The notes beneath the pieces are model-generated. The model saw only the letters and a program-made list of their open reading frames with translations, was not told the DNA's origin and made no database searches. Positions 36,490 through 50,455 of a stretch of DNA of 64,000 bases are shown here, piece by piece. Position 1 is the first letter of the stretch. Each line of letters starts with the position of its first letter. The stretch lies in the NCBI RefSeq assembly GCF_009914755.1, contig NC_060933.1. One strand, given 5' to 3'. The translations under genes were made by a program, and so were the position numbers. Source of the DNA: the human T2T-CHM13v2.0 reference genome, Homo sapiens.

Positions 36490-39400
36490 ATTTTGACAGC
36501 TTTATTGAGTTATGATTGACTTACCAAAAAATGACACATCTTTAAAGTGTATAATTTGATAAGGTTTGACATACATATATACCTGTAAGACCATCACCAC
36601 AGTTAACATACTAAATGTATCCATCACCCCAAAAGTTTTCTCATGCCTCTTTGTAATTCCCTTCACCCCACATCTCCATACAACCACCAAAGTGCCTTCT
36701 GTCACTATAGATTGGTTTGCATTTTCTAGAATTTTATATAAATGAAACGATATAATATTTACCTTTTTGTCTGATTTCTTTCACTCAACATTATACTTGA
36801 GATGTATCCTCTTTTGTACGTAACGTTGCTCATTTCTTTTCATTGCAAAGTAATATTCCATTATATAGATATAGCACAACTTATCATTGTTGATGGCCAT
36901 TGAGATTGTTTCCGGTTTTGTTTCTTTAGTATGAAAAACAAATCTTCTGTGAACATTTGAGTATAAATTCGTATCTTTTCTTTTCTCATGGTAAGTACCT
37001 AGGAATGTAGTAGCTAGAAATTTTTTTAGGTATATGTTTAACTTTTTAAGAAACTGCCAAACTGTTTTCTAAAGTGGTTGTAGCATTTTACATTCCCAGC
37101 TGCAGCACATTTGAGATCCAGTTGTTACTCGTCCTTGCCCACATTTGATGTGGCAGTCTTTTTAAGTTTAGACATTTTAATAGATGTATAGTGTCATTTC
37201 ATTGTGGTTTTAATTTTCATTTCCGTAGTGACTAGTGGTGCTGGCAATCTTTTTATGTGCTTACTTATCATTTCTATGTCTTCTTTGGTGAAGTATAGGC
37301 TTAAATCTTTTGCTTATTTTGAGTTCTTTGTTTTCTTATTATTAAGTTTGCAGTGTTTTTATACTTTATGGATATAATTCCTTTATCAGATATATAATTT
37401 GCAAATATTTCCTCCTAGTCTGTGGCTTGTCTTTTTATTCTCTTAATAATATCTTTCAAGGAGCAGAAGTTGTAAATTTTGATGAAGTTCATTATATATT
37501 TTTTATTTTATGTTTTGTGCTTTTAGTGTTGTAGCTAAGTAATCTTTGCCTAACTAGAAGTTGCAAAGACTTCTCCTACATTTCTTTCTAGAAGTTTTAT
37601 GTCTTACCCTTAGGTGTATGTTCTATTTTGAGCTAACTTTTGTGTATGGCGTAAAACTTGATTCAAGGTTTATTTGTTTTGTTTCATTTTTGCATGTGGT
37701 TATCCAATTGACTTAGCATAGTTTATTTAAAAGCTTATCCATTCTCCACTGAATTGCCTTTGTACCTATGTCAAAAATCAGTTAATCATATGTGTATGTA
37801 GGTCTATTTCTGGACTCTTTTATTTCATGTTATATTTGTCTCTGTTGACACCAATACCACATTTTCTTGATTACTACAGCTTTATAGTAAGCTTTATATT
37901 AATCACACTGCCTCACTTCACATAGCTTTATAACTAGGACCTTCCCACATTGTGTTTCCTTTGCTCAACCTGAAGAATTGTCACATAAAGCATATAGCTT
38001 TCTATGAAGTGAGGCAGTGTGATTACTCCAACTTTATTCTTTTTCAAAATAATTTGGGTTGTTTGAGGTCCTTTGCATTTCCTTATTAATTTTAGACTCA
38101 GCTTGCCAATTTCTACCAAAAGAACAGCCTGCTAGGTTGTTGATTAAGATTACATTGACTCTCTAGATCAATTTGGGGAGAACAGACATTTTAAAAGTAG
38201 TGTGTCTTCTGACCCCTGAACAAGGTGTACCTGTCCACTTATTTGAGTCTTCTTTAATTTCTCTCAGCAATTTATTTCAACCTATAGGTCTTTCACATCT
38301 TTTGTAAAATTTATCCCTAAGTATTTAATATTGTGATGTTATTATAAATTGCATTTATTTAGATTATAATTTCTGATTTCTCATTGTTGGTATTTAGCAA
38401 CACAATTGACTTTTACATATTGACTTTATTCTGTAATCTTGGTAAACTCATTTATTAATTTTAGTAGATTCCATAATGTTTTCTATATAAATGTTCATGT
38501 TGTCCATGCATGAAGACGGTTTTACTTTTTCCTTTCTAATCTGGATGTCATTGAAAAGTTTTTTCGCCTTGTTGTACTGACTAAAATCTCCAATATGATG
38601 TTGAATAGAAGTAGCGAGAGTGAACGTCTTTGCCTTGTTCGTAGTTGTAGGGAGAAATAATTAAATTTTTCTCCACTAGGAATGATGTTAGCTATAGGTT
38701 TTTTTGTAGATGTCTTTTGTCAGGCTAAGGCTATTCTTTTATATTCCTAGTTTTTGTGAATTTTTATCAGAATTTGATGTTGAGTTTTGTCAAAACCATT
38801 GAGATGATTGTATGGTTTTTCTTTTTTAGTCTGTTAGTGGAGTGTTTTATGTTGATTGACTTTCTAATGTTAAACCGTTTTAGCATTCTTGCCATGATAC
38901 AATATCCTTGTTGGGTTCAGTTTGCTAAAGTTTGCTAATAATATTTGCATCTGTATTTATGAAGGACATTAATTTATATTTTTTTCTTATAAGGTTTTTG
39001 TTTGGTTTTGGTATTAGTGTACTGCTTCCCTCATAGACTGAGTTGTAAAGTATTCCCTCCTCTTCAATTTTCTAGAAGAATTTGTGTTGAATTCATATTA
39101 TTTATTTCTTAAATGCTTGGTAGAATTTGCTAATGAAGCCATCTGGGCCTGGAATTTTATTTGTTTTAAGGTTTTAAGTTACAAATTTCTTAATACATAT
39201 ACAAATTCCTTAATACATATACTATAGGGCCTTCAGGTTATCTATTTATCTTAAACGAACTTTGGTAATTTGTGAGATTCAAGAAATGTTTCCATTTTAT
39301 GTAAGTTCTAGAATTTATCCTCCTAAAGTTATTGATAATATTTCATTACTATCATTTTAATATATGTGTAATTTGTAATGATGTTGCCTCCCTCATTCAT

Positions 39401-39710
39401 AATATTGGTAATTTGTATCTTTTCTCATTTTCGTACTGATCGGGGTGGCTAGAGGTTTGTGGCTAGAGGTTTGTCAGTTTTAATAATCTTCTTAAAGAAC
39501 CACAGAACCAACTCTTGATTTTATTGATTTTCTCAAGGTGAAAAGTCAGGTCATTGATTTGAGACTTTCTTCTTTTCTAATAACGGCATTTTGGTCCTAT
39601 ACATGTCCCTCTATGTACTGCTTTAGCTTCATTCTACAAATTTTTCCATATGTTATATTTTCATTTCATTTAGTTTAAAATATTTTCTAAATATTTTTAT
39701 TTCCCTTTTA
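36490..39710 (-). mobile_element. Old L1 (L1MC/L1MB-like), ~3.2 kb of ORF2 plus 3'UTR
   Basis: cagctttattgag...accatcaccacag...atccatcaccccaaaagttt 3' end; antisense ORF2 (gtaggtctatttctggactc, tagatcaatttggggagaa, gttgaatagaagtagcgagag, gaagccatctgggcctgga). Confidence 0.9.
37900..38025. repeat. Perfect 21-bp inverted repeat enclosing a copy of 40100-40144
   Basis: taatcacactgcctcacttca (37900-37920) vs tgaagtgaggcagtgtgatta (38005-38025); 37934-37979 matches 40100-40144 at 41/46. Confidence 0.95.
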
Positions 39711-41109
39711 ATTTTGATAGTGGGACTAAGGAAGAGAGATTGGAAGACAGTGTTTCTTTTAATTAAGCCTCTACCACTATAAACATCCTCTGAAGTTCTC
39801 TAATGTCTTTTACCAAAAAGTTGATTGAATCTTTTCAGTCCCTCTGTGTTTTGGCATCACCGATCTTAATATTTCTGGTCAGATATAAATGTTATTTCAA
39901 TATGAGGTACAGTTAATATGGTATGTTGAACTAAATTAGATGGAATAAAGATGTGGAGAAGTTTATCAGAGAAAAATAACACTGAGGCCTAGGAATCCTT
40001 CATGGGGAAACAAAAAATATCTGCAATCAAAAGAACAAAGGAAAAGAGACAGTTATTGAATAACATATACCAAAGAGTCTGCCAATGAACCTCAGATTGC
40101 TAGGAACTTCCCACACGTGTTTTCTTTGCCCAACCTGAAGAATTTCTGAGTTGGTGATGTGCTCTTCATGTAGGCATTCTGTGACCTGCTTCATTTGCTC
40201 TTTTCATGTTGTGTTTGCCCTTGTACATTCAGTTTCAATTAAGAAAGGGAGAGAGGAGGCTGTATACTGCCAGCTTAGCCCTGTAAATATTTGCAGTGTT
40301 TATGACAGATGTTTTCCTATTATGAAGGAATCTGACCTTCATTAAAAATCTGGAACTTTTAAAATGTAGTGGCAAAACATCACGAACAATAGCGGGGTTT
40401 GCTGGTGATTTTCATATATTTTGAGATGCAGAGTCTTACTTGAAGAAACCAGTAATTATCACGACTATTAACTATTTGTTAGGAAAGTGGTCAGACAGTA
40501 GAAAAGAAGCACAGTTTCTCTTTTGTGGCTCTAATCATCATCCTACTCCAGCATTCTGCAAGACGGGCCATCTAATACTATCATTTCATAAACCAACAAT
40601 ATGGCTTTCCTTATATCTAGTGAAGTAGTCTTCTTCCTGGTGTTTGGAATACAAATTAAAGCACACGCAAATAACCCTTAATATCAAGCTTATGTGTTTC
40701 TCATAATTTTTACCATTAAAGTGATATAAATGTGTGACATATGAAAAACTGCATAAAAATACCATGAAAAAACATAATACAAGTTTTAGGGTTTTCTGAC
40801 TGACCACACCTTTTGCCCGAATGAATGGGTTAAGACAATCTGAGTTTCCCTAGGTCCACTAACTTCTTTTAGGTTGAGGCTTATGGGCTTGGATTTACCC
40901 ACTTGGCTGACATATTGCCTTCTTTAGGATTATTGGAATTTGGATTCACCATGACGTCTGTTTGCAAGGGAAGAAAAAGTATATATGACATTGTTGTTCC
41001 TCAGGATTTCCAGAACTGGAATGTGCAAATTGTAGAAACCGTATGCACATGGACACAACGTATGTTACTTGCATTGTAGACCCAGGAAAAGAAAACTAGA
41101 GTGCTGTGA

Positions 41110-42110
41110 CCAAGGACCATCTAGAAAATTAACTCTGAGCAAGAAAAGTAAGTCACAGAAAGACACATACAATATGAAACCATTTCTGTGTTTTTAAAAC
41201 TCTCAGAACAATACCATAATTAGTTTATGGAAACATACATATGTGGTTAAAACAAAAACAGAAACAAAAAAATGTACTCAACAGTTCTCAAGATTATGTC
41301 TTCTTCTGGGAAACTAGAGAAAGGAATAGAATTGGGTGGGCTGAAAAAGGTAATTCAACTTTATCTAAAGTTTCACTTCTTTAAAAAATTTGATGAAATA
41401 TCAATATAAATTATTCATATTTATTTATTTTATATATTATTTATTTGTTTATACTTATATAGGTTGTGGGAACATAGATTATTTTCCATTCTCTATTTTC
41501 CCTGTCTTTTAAATAATTTATAATTAAAATTCTAAAAAGAAATTTATATTCCCTGACATGGAAAATTCTCCCTTGTTAATGGAAAAAGTGATTATAGAAA
41601 AATATATATTTTCTGTTACAATTTATGAAAAAGATGAATATAGAATTGTATTCTGGACATTCATATATATTATAATTACATAAATACAATTAAATTATAT
41701 ATGTTTATAATTACTTATATAAAGTTATACATTATGCATACAGTTATATATAATAGATAATATATATTCAATTTACATATAAAATGTATGATTCGAAATA
41801 TATAATTACATATATAAGTAACTATATAATTATGTATTACATAATATATAATATGTAATATATTATATAATTAAATATATTACAAATACATAAAAATATG
41901 TAATTAAATGTATATAATGAATACATAGAATTATAAATACATACAAGAAGTTGACTATACACCAAGTTTTTTTTTGTAGTTATGTGCTGGCAAGAAAGTG
42001 GAATTGTGTGAGGGGTATGGGTAAAGGGGTAGCTTCACTTTTTTTACTTTGTATACTTACTTAATTTTATTAAATGCACATGATTCATCTATTGCTTTAT
42101 AAATAAAAAA
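41110..42110 (+). mobile_element. L1ME-like 3' fragments with AT-rich low-complexity tract (~41650-41945)
   Basis: gagcaagaaaagtaagtcacagaaagacacatacaatatgaaaccattt typical of old L1 3' ends; TA-rich run. Confidence 0.6.
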
Positions 42111-43779
42111 ATGGAAAGACGAACCTGTGTTCTTTCTATGAAAACAAAGAATAACAACACTAGCAATGTCTACATATTTCATAGTCTTCAGAGCTGTGTC
42201 TCTCTGCAGAATTGCAGGAATTTCACTCAAACTCAGTTTTTTCTAGATCACAAAGACCTGTATTTCTCACTCCAAGACCCCAAATAAAGGCCATGGTAAC
42301 CTTATCTCGTTGGCTATTCCTTGGGGGAGGAGATAATTGATAATACTGAGAACCCAACCAGGATAAGCCAGCCAGAGCACAGGGGAAGAGTGGAAAAGAC
42401 ACTGGTTTAGGGTCAGTTAGTGTCCCCAAAGCCACCTGAAGGCACTGGGTCCCTACGACTGAACACAATGTTCTAACAGAATTTCAGAAGTTTGCAAAAT
42501 CCTCAGAGGTTATAGGACTATATCCTTGCTACATGGGATGCCCTTTGACTTCACTTCCGTCCCTAATTCCGAATCCTTTAGGTTGATTGTCTCAGCCATC
42601 TGCCTGGTAAAACCCCAACCCTCTCTTTCCTGTGCTCCTGGCCACCAGGGCAGAGGCGGCCAGAGGATATCAGCTTCAAAGCTGTGGGCCAGGTGGTCTC
42701 CCTGCAGGTGGATGGGGCCTCAGCACTGCCCCATCTGCCCCGGTGTGACTCCTGTCATGGTGCTCTCTCCTGTCCTGGGTGATGATTTTAAACTTTCCCC
42801 TCAGCAGGTGCCCTCAACTACTTCACAGAGAAAAGACAAGACACTGGCCAATCACTCCTCTGTGTCCCAACAGCAAATTAAAAACCCATCTGCATTTGGG
42901 CCCACAGTGTCCTCTGTCTCTCTTTCTGCTGTGGCCTATCCCTCCACTTGTGCCTCCCAACCCCATCCCTATCCACAAATCTAAGAACGTTTCTCTACCA
43001 GGTGTCTCTTCTCTTACCTGTATCTTCAATATCTTTCTCTCTACCCCATCAGCATTTAAACACACTCAAATCTCTGACAAAAAGATCTACCTTCAGTCTC
43101 ATTCACCTCCATCTGAACTTTCTCTGAATGTCTACATGCATGTTCCTCCATCTTGCTGCTTGCCCTACTCAGAAACCATGGGCTCTCTACCAAGCACCTC
43201 TTTTGCCCCCAGCTCTTCTCACCCCACCCTTTTCTGTCCCCTTAGCCTCTTCCAAGGAAGACTGTACCCTTGATCTTTCTTTGTCATCTTTGAAGGTGCA
43301 GGGTGGGTCTCTGACTTTATTATTGTGGTTGATGGTGGTGCCTAGTTGCCATTCATTGGCCAACATTGAGAGCTGTGTGTGCTACCTCAGAAGCAAGCTG
43401 ACCTGGAAAAAAAAGACTTAATTTTCTACTGGACACTAATAGTCTCACATTATAAAGGTAAAACCTGAATTCTGCCTTTGAACATGACTTTGACCATCCT
43501 CATTGTGAAATAATAATCTAAGAATAAATAATATTCTAAGGCACATTGAGTTGCTCCTGAGCACATGCCAACTGATCCTCAAATATCAATCTTGACAGAA
43601 GGCTTCTCTGAGGTGATGGATAGCTCATCTAGCTCCCTGCATTATATCCCTCTTCTTAATCTGTACTGTAGTGTAATTAATTGTTTGCAAGTCTAGATCC
43701 TCCATCAGCTAGTGAATAGGACCATTTCTTCAAGGCCATTGTCTAGGCCTTGGGATGGTGGAGGACTTACTGAAAATTG

Positions 43780-43990
43780 CCCAGCAATTAGAGCTTGTCA
43801 TTGGACAAATCTGAATTCAAATTCCACCCCCTTTATTGACCAGTTGTATAATTCTGGGCAAAGCACTAGCTTCCCTGAATCCCAGTTTTCTCATCTGTAA
43901 ATTGAGAGAGCAATAAATCCCATTTTAAAGGCTGTCGTATGGTGTTTAATCCATAGTAAATGTCTGAAAAATAATAGCTATCATTAACTA
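43780..43990 (+). mobile_element. MIR
   Basis: ttcaaattcc...ctgggcaaagcactagcttccctgaatcccagttttctcatctgtaaa. Confidence 0.8.
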
Positions 43991-45403
43991 TTGTGTCCGT
44001 TATGACCAGTAGGCACACAACAGGATTAGGCCAATGTGTAACCTTGTGATGCTGTCTTTAATTTCCCTGTGGGGGAAATAGGTGTTTCTTCAGAGGTTTT
44101 AGTGGAGGTACTGTATAATTGTCCCATAGTCTGAGATCCTGTCATACATCAACTTAACCTGTGTTATCTGATCATATATTGAATGAAACTTTAGCATAAC
44201 CGACCTCTATGTCTTCCTCCAGCAAACGTCTCTTTGGAAGAAAGAATTTGTCATGCCCAGCAATTCCATGGCTATGTAACAGAAGACCTCAGTTCAGCTC
44301 CAGTGGGAGGCCAGGGGAGGGCTTTGGGGAAGTTGTGGGTTTAAAGCATCCTAGAATGAACAGAAATATCATCTGGAGAACAAATTTTCTCTCCTCCCAC
44401 TGTTTTCTTGCCTTTCTTTTTCTTTTATTTGGTTTTTGATGTGTATGAGAGAATAAAAAGAATAAAGGAGAAAGGCAGAAAAAGAAATGTAGAGTTTCTT
44501 TGAAGGTCCTCAGAAGCAAATCCCCTAATTTCTGGGTTGGGGTGGGATCGCCTTACCCTCATCAGTGGGCAGGCACATGGTGCTCTCTAGACAAGGATCT
44601 CCTCACACGGCCAGGGTGAGCATGTGGTCCAGGGTCAGGGGCTGTCAAAAGAAAACGACCCTGTGTCACAGTGGCCTGTGGCCCTATAGCTGGGAGAAAT
44701 TTGAGGAAGGTGGCTCTCACACTATTGAATTGTGTAGATTAAGAAGTTTTTTTAATGAAAAAAAAGTAAGCATAATAGATGTCTAGAAAATTTGAGGGTT
44801 TTATGAAAGTTTAAAGCAATTACTATCTACTCTTGGTACTATTTTACAAAAGAAAAAACATTTTAACACCAAATATGAAGTAAGGATTTATATTGGAATA
44901 TAGGAAATATAGGAAAGTCTTTTCCAGAAAACAAAAATTTTAATTTCAAACTCACAGATCTTTCTTCACCTAACTTTCGTCTAGCTTTCTAGTTATTGTC
45001 TATCCACCTAAATGCTTATCTGTATGATCCTATAGCAGTTTTTTCCTCTTTTATTTGTGGACCTTTCATTATGAATTAGCACCAGTCCTCAGAGCAGGAT
45101 CCTAGAACCATGCTTTGGAGGTTACCTATTATAACAGCTTTAATTTACAGATGAATATTCTGTAACACAGAAATTAAGTGACAAGTTTCTTACGGTTTTA
45201 CAGCTAATAGCAGCTCAGACCTACAGCCCATTCTTAAACTCTTATTCTTAAACCAAATGTTACTTCCTTCCTACGTCATTACAATCACCATCAAAAGACA
45301 CAATCAGCATTCTGGTATCTGTTGCAATAGGGCATGAGGAGTCCACAATCTCCCACTGAGAAATTCAGGAGAGCTGTTTCGTAACTCTCTTCTGTTACAG
45401 CTT

Positions 45404-45766
45404 TGATATAGTTTGGTTTAGTGTCTCCATCCAAATCTCATCTTGAATTGTAATCCCTGGGTGTTGAGGGAGGAACCTGCTGGGAGGTGATTGGAACATG
45501 GGTATGGTTTCCCCCATGCTGTTCTCATGATAGTGAGTTCTCATGAGATTCGATGGTTTTATAAGGGGCTCTTTCCCCTTCACTTTTTTCCCACAATCTC
45601 TTGCCTGCTGCCACGTAAAACGTGCCTGCTTTCCCTTCTGCCATGATTGTAAGTTTCCTGAGGCCTCCCCAGCCATGAGGAACTGTGAATCAATTAAACC
45701 TCTTTTCTTTATAAATTATCCAGTCTTGGGCAGTTCTTTACAGCAATGTGAGAATGAACTAATACA
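45404..45766 (+). mobile_element. THE1D-like solo LTR
   Basis: tgatatagtttgg...ccaaatctcatcttgaattgtaatcc...ccatgattgtaagtttcctgaggcctccccagcc...gaactaataca; TSD agctt at 45399-45403 and 45767-45771. Confidence 0.95.
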
Positions 45767-47330
45767 AGCTTCAGTCCTGTCTTGATTGATTTCATTGGTC
45801 ACCCTACCCAGAAGTCCCCTCTCAATGCTCTGTTGGTTAATGTTGCCACCACATTGCCAGTGCCCCGTCCTGGGACATGGGAATCCTGGGTTGCTTACTG
45901 CTCCTGTTTTCTCATCCTTCTGAGACACCAAGTCTTTTCAGTCCTATCTCTGAAAGGTCTCTTACATCTTGTTGCTCCTCTCTGGCCACACAGGTCTCAT
46001 GGCGTTGTTGATCATTTCCTTTTCAGGACTGTTGTGGCAGTTTACTGATGGGTTCCTAGCCCCAGATGCTTTCTTTCTACTTAACTCTTTAAAAGAAAAC
46101 ATCAACAATGATATAAACAAAAAAGTAACAACACCAGCAGCAAACTTTAATGATTTCTTACTTCTTCCAATAGCAAAATCTCTCCCTGCTGTCCTCCCTG
46201 AGTGCCACATCTGAGTGTCACCCAATTACTGGCCATTCCAGGTCATGTGCTTCTAGAAGTGCCTTTGATCGTGTCACTCCCTTTGCCTGGAAAGCCTTTC
46301 CACTCCTTCTCTGTTTTAAAAGCTGCCACTACCCCTTAAGTTTCACCTCAAATACCACTTCCAATGCCACTTCATTTCCTTCTTCTCCAGCTGAGTTAGT
46401 TTCCACTACATATCTGTAACACTTAAATCTACCTCCCCTGTGTCTCTATAACTCTTAATTTTTAGCATACCTTGAGTGGATATAATGGGATATCAGGGTG
46501 GGTCATGTATTCCACCCCCTACAAGATATTGGGAGCTTCTTAACAGTGATTTCTGAGGCCTTCTCCATTGCTGCCCCCTTCCCAACATCTAGTTCTGTGC
46601 CCAGATCCAAGTGAGACTTGGCTAAAATGTGTTGAATAAATGGAAGGTCTAACAGCAAAGCCTCGCATTTTATCTCTTCCATCTACCCCTTCCACCCTTT
46701 TTAAGAAAGTGCAAAAACAGACTTGGGGTGATCTATAAGTTGGATTCACTGCCTGGAAATGTAAGAATTGAGTAGGAACAGATTTGAGATGAGAAATTTG
46801 GTTGAGCATGTGAGGAATTGTTCCCAGGCTAGAGCTTTTCTTCTGGTAGACAGAATACAAAACCCTCCATTTTACTTGAAATACAAATGAAGAAACTTTT
46901 TGTCCAATGAGGCCAAAATACTCACCCAGATTTATTAGAGTTTGAAACACTCTGAGATAATCCACCTTAATCTTATAGCAGTCTGTGTTTGATAAAATGA
47001 AAATTAATAGCAACTGACCAAAAAGATCTTGACATCAAAAGACATTTTTTTTTCCAACAGATGTTAAAGAATACCAAAGAGTAAGACATTCTGATGCCGT
47101 ATAACAGAGGTGATCACGTACGCTGGTAGAGTGATTCTGCATGGTTTCAGGAGGCAAGGCAAGAGAGTGTGCCATAATATATGTAACCTACCCAACTCAT
47201 GCCTGCAACATAGTTGGCCTTCAGTAAATATTATACTGATTTCTCTATAGAATTTAAGTTTAATTAAACAGCAACATGAGGCTTTTGATGGGAGAAGTAT
47301 AGCTTGATATTAGAAGGATTAAAAGGCCCT

Positions 47331-47761
47331 TGTGGCATAGACTGCTATATGCACACCAAAACCCATTTTTATATTTCTTGTGGGCACACAACAAGACTAT
47401 ATTTCTTGACCTCCCTTGCAGTTAGGTGTAGCCAACTTCTGGACCAAATTCTGGCCAAGTACTATGTAGGCAGAGAGGATGTGCTACTTTCTAGGACTGG
47501 CCCTAAAATCCTTTCTCGTAAGGTGGGATTCCCTGTTGTACTTCTCTTTCCCATTTGTCGGCCAGGTATTAATGATCCAGCAGAGGAATTTGAGCTGTAG
47601 GGGACAGAAAAACCACAGGATGTGAAAAGCCTGGGTCCCTGAGTCTCTCCATAGAAGGCTGTCTGCTGAACTATTGGGAGAGTGAGAAACAAACTTCTAC
47701 TTTGTTAAGCCAGAGTCTGGGGGATATTGGTTACAGCAGTCGGCTTACCTTGACTAATGCA
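47331..47761 (+). mobile_element. MLT1 (J/H-like) MaLR LTR
   Basis: tgtggcatagactg...cctcccttgcagttagg...gcctgggtccctgagt...gagtgagaaacaaacttctactttgttaagcc...ttgactaat. Confidence 0.8.
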
Positions 47762-48052
47762 GTCCTGCTTTGTAGCTTTTAAATCACTGCTATGACACTC
47801 TGCACTTATCAGTCCCTTACAGAGTATTTCTAATTTTGGTATTTGTTTTCCAAAAAGGCAAGAAGAAGCTGGAGAGGGATGACAGAAAATGTAAACATGT
47901 TGGAAGAAAAGGTTAAAAACTTGCAACTACAAAGATTTAAGTTAGGGGAAAAAAAAAGGGATTGAGGGCAACTTTATTACAGGAATTCCTTCCCATAAGA
48001 GAAATTCTGGCATATATGGATTCACATCTGGGTATATTTTCTGAGTCTATGC

Positions 48053-48190
48053 CAGTGGTTTTCAATGCCAGACACACATTGGAATCACCTGGAAGCTTAA
48101 AACTACAGGATGCCCAGATCCTACCCCCAGACCAATTACATTGCAATCACAGATGGTTCTAAAAGTGCATGCACATTTGAGAATCATTGA
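48053..48190. mobile_element. MER5B-like MITE
   Basis: cagtggttttcaa...cacattggaatcacctggaagctt...ccccagaccaatta...tttgagaatcattg. Confidence 0.75.
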
Positions 48191-48615
48191 TTTATGTGGG
48201 TTATGAACCACGTCTTTTTGTGACTTGAGTGTTCAGAGTTATAATATCCAATAGACATTTGCTTGGAGAATCAGACACACTAGAAAACTCCTGGGCAGCA
48301 GCAGATAGTTGAAAGGGGATGTGTTTGGGAGCCACATGAACCTGATTTGAAACATTGCACTGTTGCTAACTAGCTGACAGCCACGAGGAAGTTCCTTTAT
48401 TGCTTTTGACCCTCTGTTTCGTCACCTATACAATGGGGATTCTATAACCTGCAGAGTGTACAGTTGGAAACAGAATACATACTCAGTGTTTATATACAAA
48501 GAATGCCAGATTTACAAGGGTCACGTTAAAACCGCTGAAGGAAGATATCCTGAAGAAATTCTGGACTCTAAGCAATAGTAAATTGTAATAAACTGAACTG
48601 TGTTCATTATTATTA

Positions 48616-48661
48616 TTAGATTGATGCAAAAGTAATTGCAGTTTCTGCCACTGAAAGTAAT
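48616..48661. mobile_element. MADE1 (Mariner MITE) half element
   Basis: ttagattgatgcaaaagtaattgcagtttctgcca matches the Hsmar1/MADE1 TIR, preceded by TA. Confidence 0.8.
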
Positions 48662-49605
48662 ACAATTTTAGGATATATAAATTATGATTGACATTATCTT
48701 TACTGAGTATGCTATCTTTATTGCTTTAGTTTAATAGATATAAAAATATTTATAAGGGTTACTGGTGACATTGGTCTGCAAACTGTGTTTTCCCAAAAGC
48801 CCTGACTTCTTCAATTCTGAATTCTCCCCTCACGTACATTACCTTCTGGGTAAGAAGCAAATACTGCACTTTCTTTTCATACAGGAGTAGTTTCACAGAT
48901 GAAGATTGAGTCAGCTCTTTTTAAGTAGGTCTTTGAAAAATATGATAGCAGACGCTGCTGAGGATCCCAAACAGGGACAAGGTGCTGACCTGTGTTCAGG
49001 CAGCTGACCAGCCAGCAGGGACTTGCCTCATTGGCAATGCTCTGTTTGTTCTGTGCTTTGTTTTATGTCTTTACACAATGGCAGCCACTGGTGTAAGTCA
49101 GTCTGTGATCTGTGCCAGAGGAGAGGTGCAGAATATAGGGGCGACGGGATGTCAGAGAATGAAGTGATCATTTTGGTTTTGATGTTGGGGGAGAGGGGAC
49201 GGTTTCCCAAATAAAGCTTCCCAAAGAAGCTAGCCTAAGGTTCAGATAGATGCAGGTGATTTCAGGAGCTTGGAGAGATTCCTGGCTGGAAAAAGGAGTC
49301 TGAGGGAATGGCTCACACATGTCTGCAGGAGAGCTATTGGATGGATGTGTCAGCAGTGGCGGGAGGGTTGATGTGGGGCGCAGTGGGAGAGAGGGTAGGT
49401 AAGGCAGCCGGCACCAGCTGGGGAGGTCCTGACTTCCAGACTTCTCCCTTGCTACATGCCATACTGTCACAGCCCATGCTAGCCATTTTCCTGCTTTATT
49501 TTTCCTGGGTATCCTCATTTCACACTCCCATTCTGCCATCTCACTTTCACCATCGGCAATCAATCTAAAGTGTTTAAGATGTATTTTTTTATTTGTATGT
49601 GGTTT

Positions 49606-49761
49606 CTTAAAATAATTTTTTAAAAAATAATTTTTACACTTTTTAGAGGCGGGGTCTCACTATGTTGCCCAGGCTCGTCTCGAACTCCTGGGCTGAAGGG
49701 ATACACACAGCTCAGCCTCCCACATTGCTAGGATTACAGGCGTGAGTCACTGCGCTCGGCC
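49606..49761 (-). mobile_element. FLAM_C Alu monomer within an antisense L1ME fragment
   Basis: ggggtctcactatgttgcccaggct...gtgagtcactgcgctcggcc; TSD tgtatgtg(g/t)ttt on both sides. Confidence 0.88.
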
Positions 49762-50156
49762 TGTATGTGTTTTGACAAAATGTGACTTCTTATTTTGTGG
49801 CAGGCATTTTAGTTTGTAAACATGGCATTGGGTTATATGTCTTCTGCAGATTCATAGTTTTTTGCTCAGTGCTATCACCTCTGAGATTCATCCATGTCGC
49901 CACAGGCATGTCAAACACATTGCTTCCCAGTGCTGACTCGTACTCCATGCTGTGCATCCACCACGTTTCACCCACCCACTCTCCAGTGATGGATGCATGG
50001 CTCCGCTCTGCTTCCCCATCACAGCCTTCTTATACCAGCCCTTACAGACCTGTGTGACAACATCTTTGGGATATATGTCCAGGAAATTGATGGCTGGCTC
50101 ATGGCTACGCAGCTACCGCCCCTGCCCGAAAGCTTTTTGTATAGTCTAGGATAGAC

Positions 50157-50275
50157 CCTTGCTACTCAGAGTGTGGTCTCTGGTCCAGAAGCAGCAGCTG
50201 CACCCAGGAGCGTGTCAGAAACAGAACCCGCACTTCGATAGGATCCCTAAGTTGAGGTAGATACAGGTTTATTAA
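50157..50275. mobile_element. MER5A-like fragment
   Basis: gctactcagagtgtggtctctggtccagaagcagcagctgcacccaggagcgtgtcagaaa. Confidence 0.65.
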
Positions 50276-50286
50276 AAGTCTCTGTC

Positions 50287-50455
50287 TGCGCTTTTCAATA
50301 TGGTAGCCACTAACCTATTAAATTTACATTAATTAAATTAATTAAAAATGCATTCTTCAGTCTTCCTAGCCACATACGGCTAGTGGCTGCTGTCCCGGAC
50401 GATGCAGATAGAGAACACTTTCCGCACTGTAGAAAGTTCTGTTAGATAGTACTTG
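50287..50455 (-). mobile_element. MER3
   Basis: ctgcgcttttcaatatggtagccact...ggctagtggct...gcagatagagaaca...gtagaaagttctgttagatag. Confidence 0.8.

Noticed and set aside
42526-43421. Overlapping 152/164/97-aa plus ORFs
   Set aside because: Pyrimidine-rich, partly L2-like, Ser/Pro/Leu-biased, no recognisable domain
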